Part shown: positions 1 through 9,568 of the stretch, piece after piece
Layout: every line of letters starts with the position of its first letter
How positions within the stretch are numbered: the stretch's first letter is position 1
Assembly (NCBI GenBank): GCA_035637295.1
Contig: DASPXM010000285.1
Location: 1 to 60,509 of the forward strand
DNA: 60,509 bases
DNA from: Verrucomicrobiia bacterium
GTDB lineage: Bacteria > Desulfobacterota > Binatia > UBA9968
Direction: 5' to 3'
The notes under the pieces: model-generated
Seen by the model: only the letters and a program-made list of their open reading frames with translations
Databases searched by the model: none
What the model was told of the DNA's origin: nothing
Made by a program: the position numbers and the translations under genes

Positions 1-265
1 TGCCATTTTTTCGGATGGCTTTATGGCGGAACTCAATCGTTCCGTCGGCCATGAGTTTCAGCGTCTCACGAAGTAAAAGCGAATGGCCTGGGTGCTGGCT
101 AATGAATCGCGCCCGGTTGCGGTGATGTGTTTTGCACCTGCGAGGGGTCGAATTGGTTAATTGACTTGTAAGTAAAAACATTGACGGCACATTGGACAAT
201 TTCCGGGACAAACTGACAATGACTGACAGGATTGCTGCCTGATTTTTTGGCAGCGTTGATAAAAT

Positions 266-280
266 TGGCACTCCGGCGGC
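266..280 (+). promoter_or_regulatory. weak sigma-54-like -24/-12 element
   Basis: TGGCAC-N7-GGCA has correct GG-N10-GC spacing, but the -12 TTGC is degenerate (CGGC). It lies about 285 nt upstream of the 565 ORF. Confidence 0.2.
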
Positions 281-564
281 AAGTAATTGGCCATAAAACT
301 AACCTTTGAAAATCGCGCAAAATCTAGAAACATCTTTATTTTCAATGGCTTTTAACCCCCAAAACCCGGATTACCACATAGTCAGTGGGGATAAGAATTT
401 CGCCCCTCGATCACGTCCAATGATCTTGGTCTTAGGCTTGCATTCTTTTCCTCTCAGCGGGCGTCTAAAGTGATAGGAGGACGCGGTTGTTAAGCAGGGA
501 GTGAAAGTCGATTGGTACTGTTTCGAATTGAGAACGATTGATTCGGCAACGGGAAGGAGAAGAG

Positions 565-759
565 ATGAGACCGGGAGATTTATTGAAAACCAGCAAACCT
601 ATTCGGTCGCAGAAAACCGGCGTTGTGTTGCCGCGCGAAGGCACCTTCGTTCGTGCGATAGAAAATATGGGACGCCAACTGATTCTGGTAAATTTCGGCG
701 CCGCGGGAGATGAATATCTCTTCCCCGAAGAGATACTGCTCGAGCCCGCCCGTTCGTAA
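565..759 (+). CDS. hypothetical small protein (64 aa)
   Basis: Track ORF 538..759 trimmed to the ATG at 565, which follows the Shine-Dalgarno AAGGAGA (554-560). No family recognised. Confidence 0.35.
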   Translation: MRPGDLLKTSKPIRSQKTGVVLPREGTFVRAIENMGRQLILVNFGAAGDEYLFPEEILLEPARS

Positions 760-922
760 GAAATAGACCCAGACCTTTTTCGCAAGGTCATTGTTTACGC
801 CCGCAGGCGACGCACGACGTCGCAACCCCAAACCTTTTTCCCTAAGCTAACCTTCTCCGCTTGGCTTCCCCAAGCGGGATTTGATAATAGAGAAAGTAGT
901 CCCTCATCGGAGAGGTGTTTGT

Positions 923-1267
923 ATGAGCGAGCGGGTGATCAAAGGCTACCACGCCCATATCTATTATGATCCGGCAAAAACGCGGGACGCGGCGGCGCGA
1001 GTGCGCGAAGGGCTGGCTAGTTTCAACGTACAGCTCGGTCGCTGGCACGACGAGCCAGTTGGTCCTCATCTCGACGCGATGTATCAGGCGGTTTTCGCCC
1101 CGGAAGAGTTTGGGAAGATTGTGCCCTGGCTAATGCTCCACCGCGAAGGCTTATCGGTGCTCGTGCATCCGTCGACCGGAGATGGCTACGGAGATCATCT
1201 CCAACGCTCTCTTTGGCTCGGCGAACGGCTCAAGTTGAACGAGCAAGCGCTGCGGCGCGCCGATTAG
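923..1267 (+). CDS. DOPA 4,5-dioxygenase family protein
   Basis: Track ORF 881..1267 trimmed to the ATG at 923, with GGAGAGG 7 nt upstream. The N-terminus MSERVIKGYHAHIYYD is typical of this family. Confidence 0.65.
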   Translation: MSERVIKGYHAHIYYDPAKTRDAAARVREGLASFNVQLGRWHDEPVGPHLDAMYQAVFAPEEFGKIVPWLMLHREGLSVLVHPSTGDGYGDHLQRSLWLGERLKLNEQALRRAD

Positions 1268-1279
1268 CGGAAGCATGCC

Positions 1280-1645
1280 ATGAAGCGGATCCATAGCGCG
1301 AAAGATCCTTTGATGATCGGTCATTTGAAGAATGTTATGGCCACGTTCGGAATCAAATGTGTCGCCAAGAAACTGGACCTTATCAGCGCCGCGGGCGAGC
1401 TGCCGCCGATCGAGTGCTGGCCGGAGCTTTGGGTCGTCGATGATGACAAGGTTGTGAAGGCCAAGCGGATCCTCAAAAAGACATTGGCGCCATTAGCATC
1501 CGTCAAAAGGTCCTGGACGTGCAATGGCTGCGGCGAAAACATCGAAGGCCAATTCTCCGAGTGTTGGAACTGCGGGCATGACCGCTTCGGCGCGAAGCCG
1601 GGTCGCGGGCTGAGATCAGTTGCCACTTCCTCCGGCAAGCGCTAA
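1280..1645 (+). CDS. DUF2007-like (putative signal-transducing) protein with C-terminal zinc ribbon
   Basis: Small alpha/beta N-terminal domain followed by WTCNGCGENIEGQFSECWNCGH (CxxC...CxxC). Confidence 0.55.
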   Translation: MKRIHSAKDPLMIGHLKNVMATFGIKCVAKKLDLISAAGELPPIECWPELWVVDDDKVVKAKRILKKTLAPLASVKRSWTCNGCGENIEGQFSECWNCGHDRFGAKPGRGLRSVATSSGKR

Positions 1646-1720
1646 TCCAGCCGACTTCCGTCAACGCTCTCATCCATCCGACCGCTTCACAGATTACATT
1701 CCGTCAAGAAGGAGCAATTC

Positions 1721-2662
1721 ATGGAGTATCGCCAACTGGGCCGTTCCGGGGTACGTGTATCGGTCGTCGGATTAGGTGCCAACCGTTTTGGTTCCGAGGA
1801 TGTACCACAGGGCGAAGTGACTCGAATGATCGATACTGCACTCGAGGCTGGCATCAACTTCATCGATACGGCGAATAACTACAGCGACGGTCGTTCCGAG
1901 GAAACCTTGGGCCATGCGCTCAAAGGCCGAATGGACAAAGTCGTCATGGCCACCAAATTTTCATTTCCGAGAAAAACTAGCGCGAATACCTGGGGCGCGT
2001 CGCGGTATCATATGATGCAGGCGGTGGAGAAAAGCTTGAGCCGGCTGCAGACCGATCACATTGATCTGTATTATTGTCACCGGTGGGATGACACGACGCC
2101 CATCGAAGAGACCTTACGCGGTTTGGACGATCTCATTCGCATGGGCAAAGTCTGCTACATCGGCGCCTCGGCGTATGCCTCATGGCAGTTAGCGCACGCC
2201 AACTTGTTGGCCGAGGTCAAGGGTTGGACACCGTTTGTGGTGCTTCAATCCGAATATAATATCCTGAAGCGTGGCGTTGAACGCGAAGTGCTGCCGTACT
2301 GCCGGGCCCACAAGGTCGGCTTCGTTCCATATTATCCTTTGGCGGGAGGATTTCTGACGGGGAAATACGAGAGCGGGAAACCACCGCCGCCGGGTTCGCG
2401 CGGCGAATCGGTGAGAAACGTTAAGGAGCTGATGACCGAACGGAATTACCGCTTGGTTAAGAAACTCACCGTGTGGGCAAAGGATCACGGGCGCGGGGTG
2501 AACGAATTGGCGCAGGCTTGGCTGTTGGCGCAACCACAGGTTTGCTCGGTGATCACCGGAGCAAAAACGCTCGAACATGTGATCAGCAATGTGAAAGCAG
2601 CGGATTGGAACCTAACCGCCGATGATCTCCAAGAGATCGATGCGATTATAAGGCAGAATTAA
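1721..2662 (+). CDS. aldo/keto reductase
   Basis: MEYRQLGRSGVRVSVVGLG, INFIDTANNYSDGRSEE and HIDLYYCHRWD are hallmark AKR blocks. Confidence 0.9.
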   Translation: MEYRQLGRSGVRVSVVGLGANRFGSEDVPQGEVTRMIDTALEAGINFIDTANNYSDGRSEETLGHALKGRMDKVVMATKFSFPRKTSANTWGASRYHMMQAVEKSLSRLQTDHIDLYYCHRWDDTTPIEETLRGLDDLIRMGKVCYIGASAYASWQLAHANLLAEVKGWTPFVVLQSEYNILKRGVEREVLPYCRAHKVGFVPYYPLAGGFLTGKYESGKPPPPGSRGESVRNVKELMTERNYRLVKKLTVWAKDHGRGVNELAQAWLLAQPQVCSVITGAKTLEHVISNVKAADWNLTADDLQEIDAIIRQN

Positions 2663-2712
2663 GCGCAAAGAATGCAAAGGTCGCAAGACTCCCCCGTGGT
2701 TGCCCGAATTTC

Positions 2713-3303
2713 TTAGACCACGAAAGGTAGCGTCAGCTGCGCAGCGCTCTTTTTTGGAAGCAGCGTCTCCTTCGGCAGCTTGGCGAGCTCATGCTCCAAC
2801 CAACGAATATAGAGCCGATGCGTGTGGCGTTTTTCGATGGCAGCGTGGCATAGCTCCTGTACTCGGTCGGCGTAGTGTGGCCATTGCTCACGGAGGATGC
2901 GCGGCATTTTAAGATATGTCGGTGCGTCATCGCAGAACAACGGATCACGCGCCAGTGTCCAAATATCGCATTGCTTTTCACCGGAGGGAATCTTTTCTGG
3001 ATCGGCGGAACGGGATTTCGTTCGGTCGCCATGGGCCAAACCCTGAATTAAATGGGTCAGTTCATGTCCGATTGTCTGATAAGTCAGTTTGCGTACTTTA
3101 AGCCGAATGATCAGCCGCGAAATGATTCCCTTACGGTAGACCACAGTGGCGCTGCCCAAATGTTTGCGCGTATAACCGACGGTAATGGTGGCGCCTGTCA
3201 ATTCCGGAAACAATTGCAGTGATCGCTCGATCATCTCGTGGGCACGGCGAGTGAGCCGCTGTTTCATCAGGGGGGTGAGTCTGATGGGCATGATGAAGGG
3301 CAA
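2713..3303 (-). CDS. putative zinc metallopeptidase (HExxH; SprT/DUF45-like)
   Basis: 196-aa ORF with the GHELTHLIQGLAH metal-binding motif; divergent from era. Confidence 0.45.
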   Translation of the reverse strand: MPFIMPIRLTPLMKQRLTRRAHEMIERSLQLFPELTGATITVGYTRKHLGSATVVYRKGIISRLIIRLKVRKLTYQTIGHELTHLIQGLAHGDRTKSRSADPEKIPSGEKQCDIWTLARDPLFCDDAPTYLKMPRILREQWPHYADRVQELCHAAIEKRHTHRLYIRWLEHELAKLPKETLLPKKSAAQLTLPFVV

Positions 3304-3370
3304 TTTAGATAAGCCGCCTTGAACGAAGACCCGAGAGTGTCATAATACACCGGCATTTGCTGTGAGATTT

Positions 3371-4294
3371 ATGACAGAGGAAAAGAACGAGAGCAAGGAA
3401 AAAAGCGCGGTGACTTTTCGCTCCGGATATGTCGCGATTATCGGCCGTCCCAACGTCGGCAAGTCGACGTTGCTGAACAAGATCCTCGGAGAAAAAGTCG
3501 CGATCGTGTCGCCCAAGCCGCAGACGACGCGCAATCGGATCACCGGCATTCGAACTACTGAGACGTCGCAAATTATTTTTATCGATACGCCGGGTATTCA
3601 TCAGGGTCATTCTTTGATGAACCGGCGCATGATGGATACCGCATTGCAGACGCTGGATGAAGTGGATGGCGTGCTGTGGCTTCTCGACGCCCATGAAAAA
3701 CTCAAACAGGAAGAGGAACGAATTGCCGAAACGCTTAGAGGTGTGGATACGCCCGTTTTGATTTTGCTCAACAAGATCGATCTTGTTTCCAAAGGTAAAT
3801 TGTTGCCGCTGATGGAGCGTTGTGCCGAGGTTTTGCCCGGCAAGGAGATCGTGCCGGTGAGCGCTCTCAAGGGTGACGGTTTGGAAATTACGCTGAACAT
3901 CGTTGAGAAGTGGCTGCCCAAAGGGCCGCGGTATTTTACGGAAGGCGAGTATACCGACCAGTCGGAGCGCTTTCTTGCTTCGGAGATCGTGCGCGAGAAA
4001 GTGTTTCTACTCACGCGCGAAGAGATTCCCTATGGGGTTGCGGTGACGATCGATGAGTTTACCGAGAAAGAAGAAAAAAATTTGATCGTGATCGCGGCAA
4101 CGATGCACACCGACCGCGATTCCCACAAAGGTATTCTGATCGGCAAGCGCGGCGCTATGCTCAAGGAGATCGGCCGACAAGCGCGCGAAGAGTTGGAAGC
4201 CTTGTTGGGCTGCCGAATCTTTCTTGAGCTTTTCGTGAGGGTCGATGCAAACTGGACCCGCAACCCCAATTTGTTGACCGAGATGGGACTGTAA
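3371..4294 (+). CDS. era: GTPase Era
   Basis: G1 GRPNVGKST, G3 DTPG, G4 NKID and a C-terminal KH domain. I prefer the ATG at 3371 over the GTG at 3362. Confidence 0.95.
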   Translation: MTEEKNESKEKSAVTFRSGYVAIIGRPNVGKSTLLNKILGEKVAIVSPKPQTTRNRITGIRTTETSQIIFIDTPGIHQGHSLMNRRMMDTALQTLDEVDGVLWLLDAHEKLKQEEERIAETLRGVDTPVLILLNKIDLVSKGKLLPLMERCAEVLPGKEIVPVSALKGDGLEITLNIVEKWLPKGPRYFTEGEYTDQSERFLASEIVREKVFLLTREEIPYGVAVTIDEFTEKEEKNLIVIAATMHTDRDSHKGILIGKRGAMLKEIGRQAREELEALLGCRIFLELFVRVDANWTRNPNLLTEMGL

Positions 4295-4295
4295 T

Positions 4296-5771
4296 ATGCG
4301 AGGAGCATCGTTGGCGAAGAGTGTTGGCGCACAATCATCGCCAGGTAAGCGGCCCATTGTTGCCATTGTTGGACGTCCGAATGTGGGCAAATCAACGTTG
4401 TTTAATCGTTTCATCGGTGAGCGAAGGGCGATCGTCGACGATTTACCGGGCGTCACGCGCGATCGAAACTACGCCGAGGCGGAATGGGCCGGACGCATCT
4501 ATCTACTCGTCGATACTGGCGGATTGGCGACTGGCACGGATGGCGGACTCGATGAGAACGTCCAAGCTCAGAGCCGCTTTGCCGTGGCCGAGGCTGACGC
4601 CGTTATATTTCTCTTTGACGGTAAAGGAGGATTAAATCCACTGGACCGCGAAGCGGTTGATGGATTGCGTAAGGCAAACAAGCCGGTGTTCTTCGCCGTG
4701 AATAAACTCGACTCTCGCCAGCGCGCGGATAATTTATACGAATTCTACGCGCTCGGAATCGATAATCTTTACTCTATTTCCGCCGAACATGGACTCGGTA
4801 TCCCTGATCTGTTGGACGATGTAGTCCGACAATTTCCCCCGAGCACAGCAAGCCAAGAAGACGAAGATGCGGGAACTCGAGAGGAATATGTTGAACCGTT
4901 GAGTGTTGCTGTGGTCGGCCGCCCCAACGTCGGGAAATCGACTCTGATCAATCGCTTGCTGGGTTTCGAGCGATCCGTAGTCGACTCGCGGCCCGGAACA
5001 ACGCGAGATTCATTGGACACCCCGTTCGAGTTGCTGGGTGAGCCATGTATTTTGGTTGACACCGCTGGCATTCGCCGCAAAGCCCGCATCGATGATCGTG
5101 TTGAACGCTTCAGCGTCAGCCGCTCCCTGCGAGCGGTGGACCGTGGTGATCTGGTTCTCCACATCATCGACGGGCCGGAAGGAGTCACCGATCAGGACGC
5201 GCAGATTCTCAGCTACGCGGTTCAGCGCGGCAAGGCGCTGCTCTTGGCGGTCAACAAATGGGACGTGGTATCGAAAAGCGACGGCGATGTCGAGAAGTAT
5301 CGCGATGAGGTAAAGTATCGACTGCCGTTCTTGGAGTTTGCCCCGGTCGTTTTTATTTCGGCGGCGACGGGTTACGGGGTGCGGAAGTTGTTGGAAACTG
5401 CGGTGCGAGTGGTCAAAGCTTATCGTCGAAAAGTGTCGACTTCGTCCGTCAACCAAGCCCTGCAGAAAATTGTCCGGGCTCACGCCGCGCCGCTGTCACG
5501 AGGCAAACCGGTAAAATTCTATTACGCGACGCAGACCGGCACGCGGCCGCCGACGTTTACCTTGTTTGTCAATTTGCCAAGAGCGGTTCCGGAAAGCTAT
5601 CACAAATACCTAACCCACCAGTTGCGCGAGCTTCTTGAGCTCGGCCATGCGCCGATTCGTTTGGCCTTTCGTGCGCGGCGCGAAGAGGGGAAAAGGAAGC
5701 GCTTACGACATCCCGCTAGCCAAGTGTCGCGAACGAACCCGATATCTCGGCAAAAGCCACGCGGTCGGTGA
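4296..5771 (+). CDS. der: ribosome biogenesis GTPase Der (EngA)
   Basis: Two tandem GTPase domains (GRPNVGKST twice, DTGG/DTAG, NKLD/NKWD), a KH-like C-terminal domain and a basic tail. Confidence 0.95.
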   Translation: MRGASLAKSVGAQSSPGKRPIVAIVGRPNVGKSTLFNRFIGERRAIVDDLPGVTRDRNYAEAEWAGRIYLLVDTGGLATGTDGGLDENVQAQSRFAVAEADAVIFLFDGKGGLNPLDREAVDGLRKANKPVFFAVNKLDSRQRADNLYEFYALGIDNLYSISAEHGLGIPDLLDDVVRQFPPSTASQEDEDAGTREEYVEPLSVAVVGRPNVGKSTLINRLLGFERSVVDSRPGTTRDSLDTPFELLGEPCILVDTAGIRRKARIDDRVERFSVSRSLRAVDRGDLVLHIIDGPEGVTDQDAQILSYAVQRGKALLLAVNKWDVVSKSDGDVEKYRDEVKYRLPFLEFAPVVFISAATGYGVRKLLETAVRVVKAYRRKVSTSSVNQALQKIVRAHAAPLSRGKPVKFYYATQTGTRPPTFTLFVNLPRAVPESYHKYLTHQLRELLELGHAPIRLAFRARREEGKRKRLRHPASQVSRTNPISRQKPRGR

Positions 5772-5883
5772 CAACGCCCTGGCGCGAAATCCGGTCCCGA
5801 TTATCATTCTCTGCCATCGGGTCGTGCGTACCGATTACGCCATCGCGCTCACTTCCGGATGGAAAAGAGACCGCTCCGTTTGA
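5635..5883 (+). CDS. MGMT/Ogt DNA-binding-domain-only protein, possibly degenerate
   Basis: The 82-aa ORF aligns by eye to the alkyltransferase C-terminal domain: VW...YDIPLAK...AVGDNALARNPVPIIILCHRVV. The canonical PCHR is LCHR here and the C-terminus is short. It overlaps the der 3' end in another frame. Confidence 0.4.
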   Translation: MSSAMRRFVWPFVRGAKRGKGSAYDIPLAKCRERTRYLGKSHAVGDNALARNPVPIIILCHRVVRTDYAIALTSGWKRDRSV

Positions 5884-6045
5884 AAAAATGTTTTGTAAAA
5901 ACAAAACTTTGCAAAGTAAATGGACCGAGCCTAAGCCGTCCTTCTAGCCTTCGCCGGGAAATTACCTTATCATTTCAATTTCGGTTCTCAGGCTAAACAC
6001 AGAGCAATCGATCTGCGCGCCAGTTTGACAAAGTTGTGAACGACT

Positions 6046-7203
6046 ATGGTTGAGGCAACCTTATCTCCTGCGAAAGGATCTTCCGTGACCGCGCCGACGC
6101 GTGATGACTACGCGCCATGGCTCGCCCTCGGCCGGGTTAAGGGCCTGGGCTGCGCAGGCTTTAAGAAGCTTGCGGCGCGCTTCACCGATCCAACGAAGAT
6201 CTTCTCCGCCTCGGCCGCTGAATTGGCACAGGTGGAAGGACTGCACCGCGACGTGATCGACGGGCTTTTGAATTTTTCCGCTTGGGTTGAGGTCGAACAG
6301 GAAATTCGGCGGACTCGCGAAGCTGGCATTGAACTTGTGCCTTTCACGAGTCCCAATTATCCCGCTCGTCTGCGCATGATCGCCGATCCGCCGCCGTTTC
6401 TATACGTCAAGGGAACGCTTCGCGCCGAGGATGACAAAGCGGTAGCCATCGTCGGATCGCGCAGCGCGAGCGATTATGGGCGCAGGATGGCGCGCGACCT
6501 TGCGCGTGGCTTGGCCAATTTGGGGTTTACCGTGATCAGCGGCATGGCGCGCGGCATCGACGGCACCGCGCATGACACAGTGCTCCAATCGGGCGGCCGG
6601 ACGATTGCGGTTTTGGGTTCCGGCATCGACCGTGCTTATCCGCCGGAGCATGGTAATCTTTATCGCCGCATCAGCGAAAACGGCGCAGTGATCTCCGAGC
6701 TGCCCATCGGCACGCGGCCAATGGCGTTTCATTTTCCCGCGCGCAATCGTCTGATCAGCGGTTTGTCGTTGGGTGTCGTGGTTGTCGAGGCGACGGAAAA
6801 AAGCGGGTCTTTGATAACCGCCGCTATGGCCGTGGAACAGGGCCGAGAAGTGTTCGCCGTTCCCGGCGAAGCGGGCGCGAGCCGTAGCCGTGGCGCACAC
6901 CGGTTGATTCGTCAAGGCGCCAAGCTTGTCGAGACCGTCGACGATATTATCGAAGAAATCGCGCCGCAGCTTTTGCATCGCTCCGGTCGCGCTGTGCCGG
7001 CAGCACCGCGAACGTTGCCGTCAAGCGTCAGCGAGACCACACGGAAGATCTTCGCGTTATTGCAGGAGAATACCTTACAAGTGGATCAGGTGATTGAAAG
7101 AAGCGCTGTCCCGGCTGCGCAGGTGCTAGAGATTCTCTTAGATTTGGAATTGCAGGGATTTATTCGACAGTCGCCGGGCAAGATATATATAGCGGAACGG
7201 TAG
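6046..7203 (+). CDS. dprA: DNA processing protein DprA (Smf)
   Basis: Rossmann-like core VISGMARGIDGTAH ... FPARNRLISGLS plus a C-terminal winged-helix domain. Confidence 0.9.
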   Translation: MVEATLSPAKGSSVTAPTRDDYAPWLALGRVKGLGCAGFKKLAARFTDPTKIFSASAAELAQVEGLHRDVIDGLLNFSAWVEVEQEIRRTREAGIELVPFTSPNYPARLRMIADPPPFLYVKGTLRAEDDKAVAIVGSRSASDYGRRMARDLARGLANLGFTVISGMARGIDGTAHDTVLQSGGRTIAVLGSGIDRAYPPEHGNLYRRISENGAVISELPIGTRPMAFHFPARNRLISGLSLGVVVVEATEKSGSLITAAMAVEQGREVFAVPGEAGASRSRGAHRLIRQGAKLVETVDDIIEEIAPQLLHRSGRAVPAAPRTLPSSVSETTRKIFALLQENTLQVDQVIERSAVPAAQVLEILLDLELQGFIRQSPGKIYIAER

Positions 7204-7249
7204 AATTTAGGCAGCAACGTTTGCGACCGTTAGAATCGAGCTTAGAGTC

Positions 7250-9565
7250 ATGGCAGCAAAGAATCTAGTTATCGTCGAGTCTCCAGCCAAGGCCAGAACC
7301 CTGGAAAAATATTTGGGACGGGACTTCCAAGTCAAAGCCTCCGTCGGCCATGTCGTCGATTTGCCGAAAAGCAAGCTCGGCGTCGACATCAAAAAAGATT
7401 TTGCCCCGGACTTTCACGTTATTCAGGCGAAGAAAAAAGTGATCGATGAGCTCAAGAAGGCGGCGAAGGGGAAAGAAAACATCTACTTGGCTTCCGATCC
7501 GGATCGCGAAGGCGAAGCGATCGCTTGGCATATTGCCGATCAGGTCGCTAAGAATCACAAGCGCGTGCACCGCGTGCTGATTAACGAGATCACCAAAAAG
7601 GCCGTTCAGGACGCGATCGCCAAACCGCACGAGCTCGACCGCAACAAATTCGACGCACAGATCGCGCGCCGGGTGTTGGACCGCCTGGTCGGTTACCAGC
7701 TCAGTCCGCTGCTTTGGAAAAAGGTCCGGCGCGGGCTGAGCGCCGGGCGCGTGCAGTCGGTCGCCGTGAGACTCGTCTGTGAGCGGGAGCGGGAAATTCG
7801 CGCCTTCGAGTCCGTCGAGTACTGGTCGCTGGAGGCGCTTTTGGAAGGGCATCTGCCGCCATCTTTCAAGGCGCGTCTAGCGCAGTGGCAGGGTCAAAAG
7901 GTCGACAACAAAAAATTTCGTCTGGAGAATGAAGCGCATGTCCAGCAGATCATCGCATCGCTGGACGGCGCATCCTGGGAGATCGGCGAGGTCGAAAAGA
8001 AGGAGCGGCGCCGCTACCCGACACCGCCATTTGTCACCAGCAAGTTGCAGCAAGAAGCAGCACGTAAGCTGGGCTTTCAGCCCAGACGCACGATGCAGCT
8101 GGCGCAGCAGCTGTACGAAGGTGTCGAACTGGGAAGCGAGGGATCCGTCGGGTTGATCACGTATATGCGCACCGATTCCACCCGCGTTTCCGTCGACGCA
8201 CTAGCCGGCGTGCGCCAGCACATTCAAGCGCAATACGGCAAGAACTACGTGCCCGGTAAGCCCAACACCTTTCGCTCGAAAAAGGGCACGCAGGATGCCC
8301 ACGAGGCGATTAGGCCGACCTCGTTGGAATACACGCCCGAGCGGGTGCGGCGCTTTTTGCGGCGTGACATGTTCCAACTCTACTCGCTGATCTGGGACCG
8401 TTTTGTAGCCAGCCAGATGGTACCAGCGGTTTACGATCAAACCATCTTCGAGATTCCCGTCAAAGAAGCGTTGTTCCGCGCCACCGGTCAACAAATCAAA
8501 TTCGACGGTTTCATGAAGGTTTATATTGAGGGTCGCGATGAGCGCGCCGCGCAAGCCAACGGCGAAGATGTAGATGGCGAGACTGCCGAAGATCTGGAAG
8601 GGGTGTTACCCGATCTTCGCAAAGGCGATGCGTTGAAGCTGCTTTCCATGGACCCGCGCCAGCACTTCACCCAGCCACCGCCGCGCTACACGCAAGCGTC
8701 GCTCATTAAGGAGCTTGACGAGAAAGGCATCGGCCGCCCGTCAACCTATGCGGCGATTATTTCCAATATTCTCGACCGCGAGTACGTGCTGCAGACCGAA
8801 GGCCGCTCGCTGGCGCCGACGGATTTGGGTTTTCTCGTTACCGACCTTCTGGTTGAGAGTTTTCCAGATATTCTCAACGTCGAATTCACCGCGGGGATGG
8901 AAGACGAGTTGGATAAGATCGAGGACGGGAAAGAGAAGTGGACCAAGGCGATGAAGCGCTTTTACACGCCCTTTTCACGCGATCTCAAGAAGGCGGAGAA
9001 AGAGATGCGCGACGTCAAGCGCCAGGAAGTGCCGACGGATATCGCCTGCGAGAAATGCGGCGCCCTGATGGTCATCAAATGGGGGCGCAACGGCGAGTTC
9101 CTCGCCTGTCCGCAGTATCCTGAATGCAAGAACACCAAAAATTTCAAGCGGAGCGATGGCGGTGAAATCGCCATCGCCGCCGAGGAAGAAGTCAAGGAAA
9201 CCTGCGAGCAATGCGGCCGGCCCATGCTCTTGCGCTGGGGCAAATTTGGCAAATTCCTCGGCTGCAGCGGCTATCCCGAATGCAAGAACATTCAGCCGCT
9301 GGAAAAGCCCGCGGATATCGGCGTCAAATGTCCGGAATGCAAAGAAGGCAACTTAAAAGAGCGGAAATCACGCTGGGGGAAATTCTTCTATGGCTGTGAC
9401 CGATATCCCGAGTGCAAGTTCGCTTCCTGGGACAAGCCGCTGCCGACACCCTGTCCGCAATGCGGCAGTCCAATTCTGGTGGAAAAGGTGACCAAGCGGG
9501 CGGGCCGCACCCATCGCTGCTACAAAAAAGAGTGCGGCTACTCGATCCCAGTCGCAGAACAATAG
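7250..9565 (+). CDS. topA: DNA topoisomerase I
   Basis: Toprim LVIVESPAKA, active-site region GLITYMRTDS and repeated C-terminal Cys4 zinc ribbons (CEKCG...CPQYPEC and similar). Confidence 0.97.
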   Translation: MAAKNLVIVESPAKARTLEKYLGRDFQVKASVGHVVDLPKSKLGVDIKKDFAPDFHVIQAKKKVIDELKKAAKGKENIYLASDPDREGEAIAWHIADQVAKNHKRVHRVLINEITKKAVQDAIAKPHELDRNKFDAQIARRVLDRLVGYQLSPLLWKKVRRGLSAGRVQSVAVRLVCEREREIRAFESVEYWSLEALLEGHLPPSFKARLAQWQGQKVDNKKFRLENEAHVQQIIASLDGASWEIGEVEKKERRRYPTPPFVTSKLQQEAARKLGFQPRRTMQLAQQLYEGVELGSEGSVGLITYMRTDSTRVSVDALAGVRQHIQAQYGKNYVPGKPNTFRSKKGTQDAHEAIRPTSLEYTPERVRRFLRRDMFQLYSLIWDRFVASQMVPAVYDQTIFEIPVKEALFRATGQQIKFDGFMKVYIEGRDERAAQANGEDVDGETAEDLEGVLPDLRKGDALKLLSMDPRQHFTQPPPRYTQASLIKELDEKGIGRPSTYAAIISNILDREYVLQTEGRSLAPTDLGFLVTDLLVESFPDILNVEFTAGMEDELDKIEDGKEKWTKAMKRFYTPFSRDLKKAEKEMRDVKRQEVPTDIACEKCGALMVIKWGRNGEFLACPQYPECKNTKNFKRSDGGEIAIAAEEEVKETCEQCGRPMLLRWGKFGKFLGCSGYPECKNIQPLEKPADIGVKCPECKEGNLKERKSRWGKFFYGCDRYPECKFASWDKPLPTPCPQCGSPILVEKVTKRAGRTHRCYKKECGYSIPVAEQ

Positions 9566-9568
9566 TTC

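Noticed and set aside
2-76. Possible 3' end of a plus-strand CDS entering from the left edge (…AIFSDGFMAELNRSVGHEFQRLTK*).
   Set aside because: Only 24 codons are visible, there is no recognisable motif, and it cannot be told apart from a chance open frame.
857-877. Perfect 8-bp hairpin CCGCTTGG-CTTCC-CCAAGCGG as a terminator for the 565-759 mini-ORF.
   Set aside because: Only a weak T-rich tail follows (GATTTGAT), and it lies about 100 nt from the stop and 45 nt from the next start. It is plausible but unsupported, so it is not listed as a feature.
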